64,000 nucleotides of DNA from Oculina patagonica (taxonomy: Eukaryota): assembly GCF_052425735.1 (NCBI RefSeq), contig NC_135770.1:37572001-37636000 (forward strand), given 5' to 3'. Shown piece after piece: positions 33,001 to 44,733 of the stretch. The translations under genes and the position numbers were made by a program. The notes beneath the pieces were generated by a model that did not search any database, was not told the origin of the DNA, and saw only the letters and a program-made list of their open reading frames with translations. Position 1 is the first letter of the stretch, and each line of letters opens with the position of its first letter.

Positions 33001-35862
33001 AAAAAAATGTTATTTCGGGTCGGATTTATTGGCTGGAGCCCGCAGTTTACAATAGGGGCGTTGCTAGGCAACATGACGTAAGAAAACTTGACGGCGGCGA
33101 GGTTTTGCACCAATATTTTTTCTTAAAAAAATTTGAACAGTATCAAAATCTTTTGAATGAAAGAAGAATTGTCCGTGTAGATAGTTACATATAACATGCA
33201 CTTACAAACTTCTTGAATATATTCAACGCGTATTGTTGTTTTCTTTAGCCATAATATCTTGTTTTTAACTATCGTTGTAAATTTTGTCTCAGTTTGTCAC
33301 GTTCTGTGAGAAGATGGCTCGTGTCATGAAGCTCGATGAAATCGCTGATGATGTGGGGTTGGATGTCAATGGAGACGCTCTGCTGGCGAGAGGAGAGCAA
33401 CTTGTCAAGCTAGAGGTATGTCGTGTTTTTATGTAGTCTCTCTCCAAGTAAGACCTCAAACGGGACATCAAAATTTTAAAAAGTGCAAATTTAGTGATTT
33501 CCCTTCCATTACGTGTTCGTTGTGTATTCTATCCGCTCATGAAACCCGTGTGACATGTTGTAACCTGAATTGAGTCCATCGCATACCAGTGACACGATAC
33601 CAAAATTAAATGGTTTTCCTTTATAGAAAAGTAATGATGACTCCCACAGTGGAATTTTTGGGTTTAGTATATTTAGAGTAAAATTCGGGTTAAATTGAAA
33701 ATTTTTAACACACTTTTCCGGAAGGCCAGTTCAAGAGGCCATTTTGGAGTTGCATCTTTTTTAAAATAAATGTCACACGAAAACGAGTTTCACTTTGGAT
33801 AAAGAATGAAAAACGTGGTCGTTTTAGGTTTCTCCGAAATTTTTTTAATTTTTTTTTTTGGATAACTATACCGATTCTGAACTCAACATGTTTTTTTTTT
33901 GTTTGCGTTTCCGCAGGCTGACGCATTAGATGACAGAAAGACCACAATTTACAACCTACAGAGGCGTGTAAAGTGGTCCAAACAACAGATAGAGAGTAAA
34001 GATTTACACCTGGGACTGCTGAAAAAGAAAGTAACAGAGCTTGAAGATCTTTTACGAGAAAAAGGACGAGTTGAAGTCGAAAGAGACGAGAACTCGCTTA
34101 GATACAAGAAACTCGTCAAACAAAACGATAAACTTCAGCGAGAACTACTTGATTATAAACAGCAAGTTACAGGCTTGAAGGCAAAGTTATTGGAGGCAAG
34201 CGAACTAAGGGTAAGTACAGAAAGATAATACATCTTATAATAGCGTTTGGTTAGTGCTTGTCTCGAACTCCGGAGGTCGCGGGTTTGAATCTTGTTCTGT
34301 CCACTAGCTGGTGTTGTCGTGCTCAAAAGTCCCCCCCCCCCTCCCCCCCCCGCTGGAGCAAGAGAGCCCGAGATAAACTCCTCGGCTACGTTTTAGCCTG
34401 CGTGGCAAGCGTCCTTTCTCGTTTTCCATTCCCTTTTCCCTTTGAACACCTGCCACGCAGGCTAGCAACGTTTAAAAATAGCCAACGGTGGTCTGACTCC
34501 TGGCAGTTGGGCTTTTTAACGTTGTTAACAGCTCGTTCTCTTTATGTAGGTGAGAACTTTAGAGCAAGGGAAAACGATTGAAGAGCTAGAGAACGCAGTT
34601 AACAAACTAGCCAAGAGTAAACACAAGACATCTGCTGAACTACACGACTTAAAGAACGAGCTGGAGATGACAGAGAACCAGGCTCGAGAGAAGAAAGCGA
34701 GATCTTCCCAAACAATGCAGCAACTAAACAGTGAACTACAAACTACTAAACAAGCACTGGAAGAGAGTAGAATAAGAGAAAAACAGGTAAACACTATGCG
34801 ACAGCGGAGCTCAGAATTTAAATTCTCATTACTGGCTGCTTTATTTTCCTTTATTGAAAGTTATGAGAATTAGTAGTACATCAGGAGAATGTCCCTTAGC
34901 TGTAATTTATTTTTTCTTTTTTTTCATGTGGTGTCCGTTTGTCAGTTTCAAAACTGAAGGTGCTTTGTTTCATATAACCACGTTATTTAACATGACAACT
35001 GAAATTAGCGCGAATTTCAATTTATGGAGCGTTAATTTCAACGCTAGTTCCTTAAGGCGTCTTAATTTCTTTCATTAACACTTCTGTTATATAATTTAAT
35101 TAGACCTACCATTCTGAATCCAGTCGACAGTAACAGCTTTCTTTATTTGGCACTTTTTTTAAAAAAAGATTTCAAGTTCCTTCTCTTAGTGGTTCATCTT
35201 TGAACCTCACAAATCGAGTGATCTGAATCTGTTCTGTTTTGCTCTGTTCTTGAATTTGTTGTTGTTGCCAATACAAAAGGCGTTTTCCTTTGTGTCATTC
35301 GCGTTAATTCCCTTTATTTTAAACTATTTTGCGTTTCCATTCCATTAAAAGTGTTATAGGTTTCTATTAATAGAGCGGTTTTCCTTGGAGTGTCGAAAGT
35401 AAGTGTTCGCATTTCGCTTTACGGCCTTTTTTGTATTAACTTTGTGTTTTGATTGGTTCATTGGATTGTCTGCGTGTTTTGTGATTGGACAGAGTGATTA
35501 CTTTGGTTTTGGTTTTTACGACACTCAAATGAAAACCGCTCTAGTAAGGTACAGCGTCCTGATGGTTGCATTCTTTTGATCCACTGAATTGTGTAAACCG
35601 ACATTTTATATGTCTTGTGTTTCAGTTGCTGGATTTCCGTCAAGTGCTTGCCCGTCTTCTTGGCCTCGATATCAACACGCTTTCGGTCCCAGACTACGAA
35701 ATCATCTCACGGCTGGAGCGTCTCGTCCAGGCGCACCATGCGCACTCAATCACCACGCACAGCCTGGAGGCTAGTCTCCAGGACATGGAGAGCGGCTTCC
35801 GTGCAGGGTACGACGATGCTGTAGCTATTCTTAGAACGCCATCGCCTGTTAAAGCATCTTAA
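22146..35862 (+). CDS. CCDC170: Coiled-coil domain-containing protein 170-like, 15 coding exons, 821 aa
   Basis: Exons 22146-22394, 28483-28614, 28880-28963, 29072-29128, 29378-29635, 30252-30341, 30669-30766, 30929-31144, 31507-31570, 31947-32072, 32721-32921, 33293-33415, 33917-34210, 34550-34786, 35626-35862; all GT-AG, 2466 nt in frame. Diagnostic motifs: QLSHYRQAAETAQTDLAA, NAARQTALVQSLRDRI, ESKASRETIMRLVSEV, ESKDLHLGLLKKK, REKQLLDFRQVLARLLGLDINTLSVPDYEIISRLERLVQAH. Confidence 0.92.
24208..24422 (+). pseudogene. Fragmented RecQ-like (SF2) helicase remnant inside the transposon
   Basis: Frameshifted pieces EFQQALNESLSLISVDKLKAEQ (Q-motif region), RKGESTVLYGTP (motif Ib-like), IYQNNTVAVVCDEVHTTVH* (DExH motif II, TGG apparently mutated to TGA). 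Confidence 0.7.
24987..25902. mobile_element. hAT-like non-autonomous element nested in the AcademH-like element
   Basis: cagggtccgaaatt ... aatttcggaccctg; multiple subterminal tggcgac/gtcgcca motifs; no TSD recognised. Confidence 0.65.
26134..26290. repeat. Perfect 157-bp palindrome (78-bp arms, 1-nt centre at 26212)
   Basis: aatggaagataaaatttgcaggcc...tattttcaaat A atttgaaaata...ggcctgcaaattttatcttccatt. Confidence 0.95.
27062..27293. mobile_element. CAGGG-ended MITE with 5-bp TSD (ccagg)
   Basis: cagggctcgagactaac ... gttagtctccagccctg; ccagg at 27057-27061 and 27294-27298; repeated actagcca/tggctagt motifs. Confidence 0.7.
29660..29840. mobile_element. Tigger/pogo-like MITE
   Basis: aaccccggtaacttgaactc ... 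gagttcgagttaccagggttcaactgta with internal cgctaactcga repeats. Confidence 0.55.
29841..30153. mobile_element. CAGGG-ended MITE with 6-bp TSD (actgta)
   Basis: cagggttcgcacgcac ... gtgcacgaaccctg; actgta at 29835-29840 and 30154-30159; many aaagtccttga subterminal repeats. Confidence 0.75.
32301..32580. mobile_element. MITE with ~20-bp TIR
   Basis: ttacacccgctttcagt ... actgaaagcgggtgtaa. Confidence 0.65.
34243..34520 (+). mobile_element. Degenerate tRNA-derived SINE interrupted by a 9-bp-TSD mini-element (34394-34464)
   Basis: Head tggttagtgc...ggtcgcgggtttgaatc; tail aatagccaac...cagttggg...ttaac. Insert tagcctgcgtggca...tgccacgcaggcta with flanks gctacgttt/gcaacgttt. Confidence 0.55.
35371..35543. 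mobile_element. MITE
   Basis: tagagcggttttc...gagtgtcg / cgacactc...gaaaaccgctcta inverted ends. Confidence 0.7.
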
Positions 35863-36767
35863 CACGAGCGTTGAACTTTCTTTTGATATGTACATAGCAG
35901 CCATACAAAGGAATGCTAGATTATATACCTCTAAGACTAGTAACTACATAGTTACGTGACTAATGACTCGTTGATGTTACAATTTATGTAACGTGATACA
36001 ATTCTGGGCTTTGCGTGACTCTTCAGTAGCGTCACGCAAAACAGTAAACTTAGTGTAGATTTACAGGTGGACTGTCGTTTTCGTGAACTGGAAGTTGTCG
36101 TTAGCCTGTGACCAGAAAATCCATACGTAATTTCCGCCACGAGTTCTTAGCATTTTCAGCTGTAACTTAAAAGGGCTCCTGTTGCTGAGTGAAAAATTGA
36201 CGGTTTATTTGTAACATTGCATTAACAAAAAAATTATACTGCTAAGAAGAAGGGAATTTTTTGTTCTTGTGGGGATAGCACGTTAAAGCAAAGATTACAT
36301 CATTATAAGATTTCCCGGTCCTTTTTTTAAACAAAAAAATTATAACACTGAAAGAGTAGTCAGTGACGTGGACAGCTCGCAGTCTTCAGGTTTGTCGGTC
36401 AGCGGTTGATGGCCAGGAACCATTAACCCACCGCTGGACGATATGCCTGTAGACTCTGGCGAGAGAAAGTCACGTGGCACTTTCGCCATATGGTGAACAA
36501 CAAGAGAAAAAAATGTAGAATCACATGTAAAATAATAAAATATAGTATAGTAGTTAATTAGGGGACAACATATTTATAGTTTCAAAGGTTAAAAGATAAA
36601 CTTAGTTTGTAATAAAGTAATGGTTTGTAAGACTAACTTGCGGTGAACTGGCCTCTTGAAACTTACGGACAGCCAAACTCGCACGCCAGCCGGCGACGAA
36701 ACGCCCGCACCCGATTAGTTTGTAATTAAGGTGAAAGAATTTATACCCAACTAAGACTTTCATCATT

Positions 36768-36942
36768 CACTGGCGGCTCTAGGGGAGGGGCCCGGGGAAG
36801 GGCACCTTATTTTTAGGCCAAACAGAGGCCCATAGGGCCGAGAAAAATTATTCTCGAGAGCGCTCCCCCCCCCCCTTTATTCCAGGGTCTGGATGTCCTC
36901 CCCCCCCACTCCCCCTTATCTTAAGGTCTGGATCCGCCACTG
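36768..36942. mobile_element. CAGTGGCGG-type (hAT-like) MITE; second copy at about 63717-63866
   Basis: cactggcggctctaggggagggg ... ggtctggatccgccactg; the same ends recur near 63.7-63.9 kb. Confidence 0.6.
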
Positions 36943-39900
36943 TAATTATAGCTTTTCTGGCAAACCAAAACCGATCTTATCTAACTTGATAGAACTTCCA
37001 GAAAACGAAAACCAGTTTTAATGCGTAGACTTAATTTTTGTCTTCATTCTTTCACATGTTTCTTGGAGTTTTAGATAAGAAAATTATTTATGACAAAGTC
37101 GAGTTTTTATTTGTAAACAACAATTAAGATAATGCATGACAAATGTGATCTGTTTGCATTTTGATATGTACCTCAATGTGAAATAAAAAACAAACATTTT
37201 GTATTCACAGCTGATTAGTACATGTCATGACTCAACTGATACCATCCCCTTGCTTGTTTTAGGGACTGTGCAATAATTATCGGGAGGGGGGGGGGGGCGA
37301 AAAATGAGCCTCGCAAGGAGAAATATTACACGAGACCCCCTCTCAACAAAAGCAAATTAGCTCTGACCCCCTCCAAATCTCCCAAAACTGACGAACCCCC
37401 AGACTAACTTTATCCCCGATTTCTCAAACCAATAAGGTGGGGGGTTTTTAACTGTGGAGGTTGAATGGAGAGAGAGATAGGGTCAGAATTTGGAGAATCT
37501 CGGAACATAACCACCAAGTGATTTTAAAACGGTCCATTTGATTGGCTAGATTTTAAATTCTCGTTGTTAAAAATCAAACCAATCAAATAAGCCCGCTTTT
37601 GGGGACGAGAATGAACCATTCAGTTGAACTGGCTTGCCCTTAAATTCAATTAATTTTTGAAGCATTTCAGAAACCGTGTTTTACGTTTATTATTTGATAC
37701 AAAATCTGCTTTCATGCGCTGCTTGTACCCAGATCAAACTAGATTGGCTGACATTCGACCCGTGCTGTGTCAAAGTTGTTAGGTAGTTTTTACAAATCCC
37801 GTGAACGATACTGCAGTGTTTTCACAGGCAATTTTTGATGCAATGTTTGTCGCGCTCTCGTCGAGCTCGAGCTCGCAATGAAACTATAGCGGCTATTTAA
37901 GAGTGATTTGATGAGGCAATATCGCAGAGGTTTCGAAAATGTTCAATTTTGTGGCAACAAATCGAACCCAAAAATCGCCTGTAAAAAGACCTTTACGATA
38001 ACCCATCGATGTCTAGACTCTGTAGAGCACGTATATTTTTTCTTGGTTTTATCAATTTTAAGATCTGCAAGTGCTGCTTCTCAGCTGTGAACTGACAACA
38101 ATGAGATCATTCAATTAATCTTCACGCTTCTTCCTGCATTAGACAGGCAGAGCATCCTGCAGCGATCTTGTCAATTTCTTAATGGATTTTTGCTTTATGA
38201 AACATTTGCTAACCATATACTTCGGCGTCGTTCGGTTGATCGTTTTGTTCGTTTAACCAGACAATCGACTGACAAACCATCGTGCTTGGAAAACAGAAGA
38301 TTGCAACAAATGAAAGACACAAAGAATGATAGAATTCAGGAGCTATTTTGGCTCCTGTAGGCTTTCGAATTACAAACAAAATTCGCCGCTAAGGCAGGCA
38401 AAATATATAAAAAAAACGACCAATATTTTTTTATTGTTTTTAATTTTGTCTGTTGAGTTTCAATTCTCCAAAAAGTACCCCCTTTCTGGGAAAACAAGTC
38501 GCCGGGCTCTTTATAAATTGTACCCCACTGATACACAATGCAAAGCAATTACAAAATTATTTCAAATTTCGATTCAAAATCACGCTTTAGTCGGAACAAG
38601 AACTGAGTTTAATTTAATCCGCGGCTATGTTTTATAAGCATTGTTATGGGTTGAACGTTTCGTGTTTGAACGATTCGTGTTTGAACGACTCGTGTTTTAT
38701 TACTGACTTCCATCGTTTAAAAGATGCTTGATTAATTTAATTTCGACATCACATCCTTGCAAACCAAACCTGCCTCGATCACCTGCACGGTAGACACATT
38801 TAAACGGGAAAATGTTCTCCTCTAAAGACTTGAAACAAAGCTTGGGAGAGTGTCTGATTTGTTGTTTAAGAATTAATTTTTTTCTTTTCTTTTTTTCCCA
38901 TCGAAAGAGAGAGTGGTACACGTTTCTAATTCATATTTTAATAAAATATTTTTAGTAAGCTATCTGTACTGATTGACATATGCTAAATAGCTTTGCATTG
39001 CATGATGAATCTACCATTTTCTCAGCAATGACAGGAACTGAATTAGTTGTATAGCCAGTGTTTTTACAGCTGGAACTTTTCCCTTGGAAATATATTGAAC
39101 GTAAAGGCTTGTCGTACAAGTTTGTTTTTAATTAAATTCCTCCCTTTTCAAAGCTTATCAGTTAGCACTGTTAATAAAAATCTTTCAAATCTTTCGAAAC
39201 TGACGTCTTTAAAAATGGTGTACTAAAAACAATCGATCCAAAACTCAAAGGTAAGAGCAACGAAGACAGCAATAGATAGGACATGAAGCTTTTAGCACAT
39301 CACCGATATAAATAATATATGTACCGACCGAAGTACAGAAAACTAACGGAAAGTTAATTCTAAATAAAGCTAATATTATCCCAGCGAGTATGAATTGATA
39401 AGAGCGAGTTTACAGTTAGCCTTTTACTTTTTTGAGCTAAGTGAGAAAGTTTATATTTAGAATGGGTTAGCCAATACACTGAAGACTGAAAACAATTGAC
39501 GATTTTAGCATCTTGGTTCTCAGTTTTGCGCGTACGTGAAAAAAGGCTTATAAATTTCAATAAATAACCAAAATAATGCTGGTACTTAGAACATACTTGT
39601 TCGCCTACAAAAAATAAAACTGCGCGACAGGAAGGAGAATATAAATAATAAGATTGCAACACGAAGATGGATTTTTCCTATTTACATAAAGTTGCATTAT
39701 TTTTTGTCTTAATTGCACGCCTCTAGCGAGTCAAAACAAAGTCAATTAATAAAAACGGTAGCAATTTGAAACCGAGAATCGTTTTTTGCTGTATTTCATT
39801 TTATTTGCAAATGTAAAACTTTTTGAGTCCAAAGTTGCTGTCAATAGCACATTGTCTTTTCCGACCGTCAACTCTAATAGTCCGCACCTAAACCGGAGGT

Positions 39901-40093
39901 GAAATTCTCAACAACCAATCAAAAAGCTTCTAAGGCCTTTTGTAAACTTATTATTTCATGAAGGCTATTTACTATGTCAAGAAAAGCGACTTCTTTGATG
40001 AAATGACGGAATTAATTTTCTTTTCTTCCTGTGTCAATCGCTAAGCTCAAGATTAGTCTGTGGAGGCCGCATCACCGCGCACGAAGTCTCGCA

Positions 40094-40282
40094 ATGTTAT
40101 CGTCAATCTCAATCATAGTTATTTTTCTCGGGGTTCTTATATTTGTAGTCGCAGCTTTGGTTCTTTGTTGCCTTTGCTGCCATCTTCGTTCGCGACCGAA
40201 AAATCAGCAGGGAAAAGCTGTTAATTACATGGCTCAAGGAAGAGGAAGGAGCGAAAAGGAGACTTCTGTTACCGAGTTGTAA
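40094..40282 (+). CDS. Candidate 62-aa single-pass membrane microprotein with Cys cluster and C-terminal PDZ-binding motif
   Basis: MLSSISIIVIFLGVLIFVVAALVLCCLCCHLRSRPKNQQGKAVNYMAQGRGRSEKETSVTEL*: ~22-residue hydrophobic helix, CCLCC, basic stop-transfer, -VTEL end; purine at -3; upstream polypyrimidine tract with AG at about 40015-40051 and a strong donor aaag|gtaag at 39251. Confidence 0.55.
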   Translation: MLSSISIIVIFLGVLIFVVAALVLCCLCCHLRSRPKNQQGKAVNYMAQGRGRSEKETSVTEL

Positions 40283-41138
40283 AACAAACACGACGGTTTG
40301 CCGTTGCTGCGGAAGAAAACATTGCTTTTTACTTGTTGTGAAAAAGAACTTGAGACATGAAAGGTCAAGTTTCGCATGAAAAAGCCTAAATAACAGTTTG
40401 AAATCGTCGACCGAGGAAGAAACTATCAATTTTAACGGCAGAAAATACGAAATACGTCAAATACGACGTTTAAACCTTTGGCAAACATTGGGAAAGCGAC
40501 TTTATTTTTGCCTGCCTTACAGTGTACTTCGCTCCACGACCCGTCCACGGTGAACGCTTTTACAATCTTTGAGCAGAACAACTTTAAAGTCAACACAAAA
40601 AGACAATCAGCAAAGCAATTTACTGAAGGAACAACGAATTGAAAGATTGCGGTATGATTATTTTAAATACTCCGGCTGAACAAAGTGTAGGCTTGTTTGT
40701 TTGCTTAAGGACCGAACACTTCATCGGAACGGCAGGTCTCTTTAACCAGCAAACGTCGTCAAGCAAAAATTAACCCAGAAAATTGAAGGGAAGTTGTTAG
40801 GGTTCTTTTTGAGATTGCATCAGGGGTAAAATCAATCTTTGAGGGGGGCACTGTACCCTTATTTTTTAATTGGACTTGGTATGTTTATATCTCCAAGGTT
40901 AAATCTGCCTGCAGCATTCGAGCAACAGTCACGAAATGTTTTTCTTTAATTTGTTTCATACCCGGGTGATATAAAATTTGACACAGCCTTAAAGTCCTTT
41001 TTATTGATATTCAGCTAAGCTTTATCTTGGCGGATACAGCTGACAGCTATCAACATTGCTGGAAAGAGAAAGATTCGGCTAAATTCGAGACAGTTTGATG
41101 TTTGCAATGTAGAAATTACTAGCTATTCAGAGTGTATC

Positions 41139-41212
41139 TTCGTCTGCATGCATGCAAGATAAAAACTGAATTTAATTCGTCTGCATGCATGCAAGATAAA
41201 AACTGAATTTAA
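41139..41212. repeat. 37-bp tandem duplication
   Basis: ttcgtctgcatgcatgcaagataaaaactgaatttaa twice. Confidence 0.9.
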
Positions 41213-42486
41213 AAAGTAGGTCGAATTCAAAAAGAGAACGATTGTTTGATCTTTGAGCCTGATTAGTTTAAATAATTAAATTATTATTCTACGCCGATGT
41301 TGACGAGTTTTCTCTCTTAGTAATAATCGACAAGAGAGGTAGACAGACCCCACAAAGAATTCTATCAATCAATTGGCAATGAAATAAAGAGAGATAAAAC
41401 TTGCATTTGTTATGAGGCGACCTAACTTATATTGTACATTGCAATGTATCATACAAAACCGATTGAATCAATTCGTTGTAAGCATGAAACATTTTTAATT
41501 AAATTCAGGAATTGTTCATCATAGAGGTTGATTCATTTCTCGGCTCCACATCCGCAATTAAAACTAGTTTTCACTAAGCAGAAGCAGAAGAACAAGCGTA
41601 TTGCACGAGAAAAAGGGGACGAACACACTCGGCACGCTGTCCTCATTAGAAATAAACAAAAGCACAAGAAAGAACGAACTTTGTTGTTCTCTTGCACTTA
41701 GGACCGCTTAGGTTTACGCTTATCTGCTTATGCCACTGACGGCGAATCCTGGATTTGAGCTAAAATAATTTGCTGTGTTCCCGCGGTGCTCTTGGGGAAT
41801 ATTTGCGAGAATTTCTCTGGATTTCCCTTTAATTTTTTCGTACGGGGACTGATAACATTAAAAATCCTTTAGGAAAAAAAAGTTGAATCTTTGTCAGAAG
41901 ATTTATGAGTCTAGATCCGGAGTAGCCTTTATACAAAATGGAATCCCGAGTCCAATCTAAGTGCCAAGATAACTGAAGGCTAATTATTCAAATATTTCAG
42001 GCCGTTTCGAACCGTTTCCTGCAAATAATAGCTCATATTTCATGGCTATTCCGTTTTTGTCGAATTTTGTGATGATCTGTTTTTACTTAGAGTGTACAAT
42101 AATGAGGAACACAACCAGACTAGGGGCAATTTCTTCAATCATGAGCCGTGTGTGGCAAATCCGGCGTAATTATAGATAACCATTTAAAATACTTTTAAGT
42201 TGGTCATTAAACCCGAAGGGCATTGTGAAATGGTTTCGTGTCAATGACAGTTGGCAGTTTACTGTGGCCCATCATCAAGACGACCTTTAATTCTTTTCAA
42301 TTGGAATAGGATTTGAAAAAATTGGGGAAAACAATAGGCTTGGAAATGGGAATTTGGCAAAATTTGGGCCGGAAAATGGGATTTATCACCCCAGGCTCAC
42401 CTCCCCGACCCTCAGCATAAAGCAACTAACTGGATCCTCACCTGGTGGATCTGTCCCGACTGCGCTCGGCAACTTTTTATCTATTT

Positions 42487-42838
42487 NNNNNNNNNNNNNN
42501 NNNNNNNNNNNNNNNNNNNNNNNNNNNNNNNNNNNNNNNNNNNNNNNNNNNNNNNNNNNNNNNNNNNNNNNNNNNNNNNNNNNNNNNNNNNNNNNNNNNN
42601 NNNNNNNNNNNNNNNNNNNNNNNNNNNNNNNNNNNNNNNNNNNNNNNNNNNNNNNNNNNNNNNNNNNNNNNNNNNNNNNNNNNNNNNNNNNNNNNNNNNN
42701 NNNNNNNNNNNNNNNNNNNNNNNNNNNNNNNNNNNNNNNNNNNNNNNNNNNNNNNNNNNNNNNNNNNNNNNNNNNNNNNNNNNNNNNNNNNNNNNNNNNN
42801 NNNNNNNNNNNNNNNNNNNNNNNNNNNNNNNNNNNNNN
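42487..42838. other. Assembly gap (352 N)
   Basis: Run of n. Confidence 1.
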
Positions 42839-43239
42839 CTATCTAGAAGCTAAGAGCATGGCCACTGTTTACATATTTTTTTTTTTGCATTACATCCGGA
42901 AACTTCCTCGCCATTGTCGCTTTTTGGTCAAGAGCTTGTTAATAGAATTACTGAATCATGAAAAGTTTTATATACAAACGGAATTTACGATCCTGGTAAC
43001 GATCTGGCTTAATATTATTGTACTGGGAACAAGTTTGCCAATACCGAAAAAGACTGGGAACAAATGACGGTTGAAAAGTGGCGCGCTGACCAATTAGTCG
43101 CCAGCAATCATGGGACCAAGGCGGGAGATCGGCGAGAGCGGGTGAGTTGTTGTGGAAAAGTTTTGTGATATTTTCACGGATTGTAGCACTAGCTTTGTGC
43201 TATATTTCAAAAGGGCGACTTCAAATTCAGATTAACAAG

Positions 43240-44690
43240 ATGCCGAAAGAGCGAGACCGATCGCACCAGGATAATAAGGAACAAGAGCCTAGATCGCATA
43301 GGTCTTCTTCGCACCGACATCGAAGCCATAAACATGGCGACAGAAGACGTGGAGAGCATCGACATAGGCAAACACCATATCATCGTGAAAAAGAGCCTCG
43401 GTCATCAACGCATATATATTTTAATGCATCAGATAATGTTCCGTCGGTTTCACTGCATACGGATCACGTCTCTTTGGCATCGAGTCTAAACTCTTTAATG
43501 GAACAAAATGGCGGCATGGCACATATCCTTGATAGTTGCTATGCAATGCTGGGACGGCTAAGGAAGAATCAAATAGCCAATCCTGGTAATTTGCGGCTGG
43601 GTTCTACTGCTACTAGCAGTACTAATGGCCAACGTGGAGTGAACCCTTCTAATTTGGCAAACGTGCCCAGATCTCAGAAATCTGTTGAAAAGAAACATAA
43701 GCCAAGGTAAATTGTTGTTTACATGCATGTTTAGACCTTTTCGCGGTAGAAATGTGCTTTCTTGAAAATGGAGAAGACTTATCACAAAATAAAGAGTTTG
43801 TGTGGGAATTTTAGGCATTCCGATGTCAAATGTCTTGCATAAAAATTGAATTTTGCGGGGTTTTTTATGAATGAGAAACTTAAAGATATCAGGTAAATGT
43901 TAATTTTAATGTTGAGATGAAATTTGAGGGATATGGCCAGGGGAAAAAATTAAGGCACTTTTGTTTTTATACATACCAGTATGTCTGCAAGAGTAGATGG
44001 TGCTGATGTCTTTGTGAAAAATTACATGTACCATATTTACTCGAATAAGCTCTTTCCCTGAATAAGCGCCAACCTCAATTAAGCGCTGCATTTGGGACAA
44101 AAGAGTTAGTAAGCACCGCCCCCGAATAAGCACCGCAGTCCCGATGAGGGGCTATTTGAGGAATTCCACATAACCAAGGAACTGCTACAAAGGAACTCTG
44201 TAACGGCATTGGAGATTTCTTTACCTGAAAAGCAATGTTCTTCAGTTCAAAATAACCTAGAAAGATTTGATGCTTCTTTTTATAGGTTGGCTTAAACAGC
44301 ATTTTCACCAAGGAAACCAAGCACGTTATTCTGTTCCCTGCTTACAATTTTAGTGGCATTTTGTTTCAAGTGCCGAAAGATACAAATGGTGACAATCAAA
44401 AGACACTTCTGTTAGTTACTGTAAAATTTTTGTACAGATAGAAAATATACCATTAAATTAAAAAAGGAAATAATTCTTTGTTGCATCCAATTTTTAAATT
44501 AGCACTGCCCTCGAATAAGCGCCGTACTGGAGGCTTACAGGATTTAATAAGCGCTGCAGCACTTATTCGAGTAAATACGGTATAGATGAATTTTGTGTTC
44601 CACAGCATACCATTTATAATCCTCAAATTTCGTTTGACATTGAAATTCCCATTCAAGTTTTCTATGTCACGATATGCTTGCCCTCGCTCG

Positions 44691-44733
<43 letters not shown>

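Noticed and set aside
42354-43067. 237-aa and 133-aa ORFs
   Set aside because: Open only because they span the N gap.
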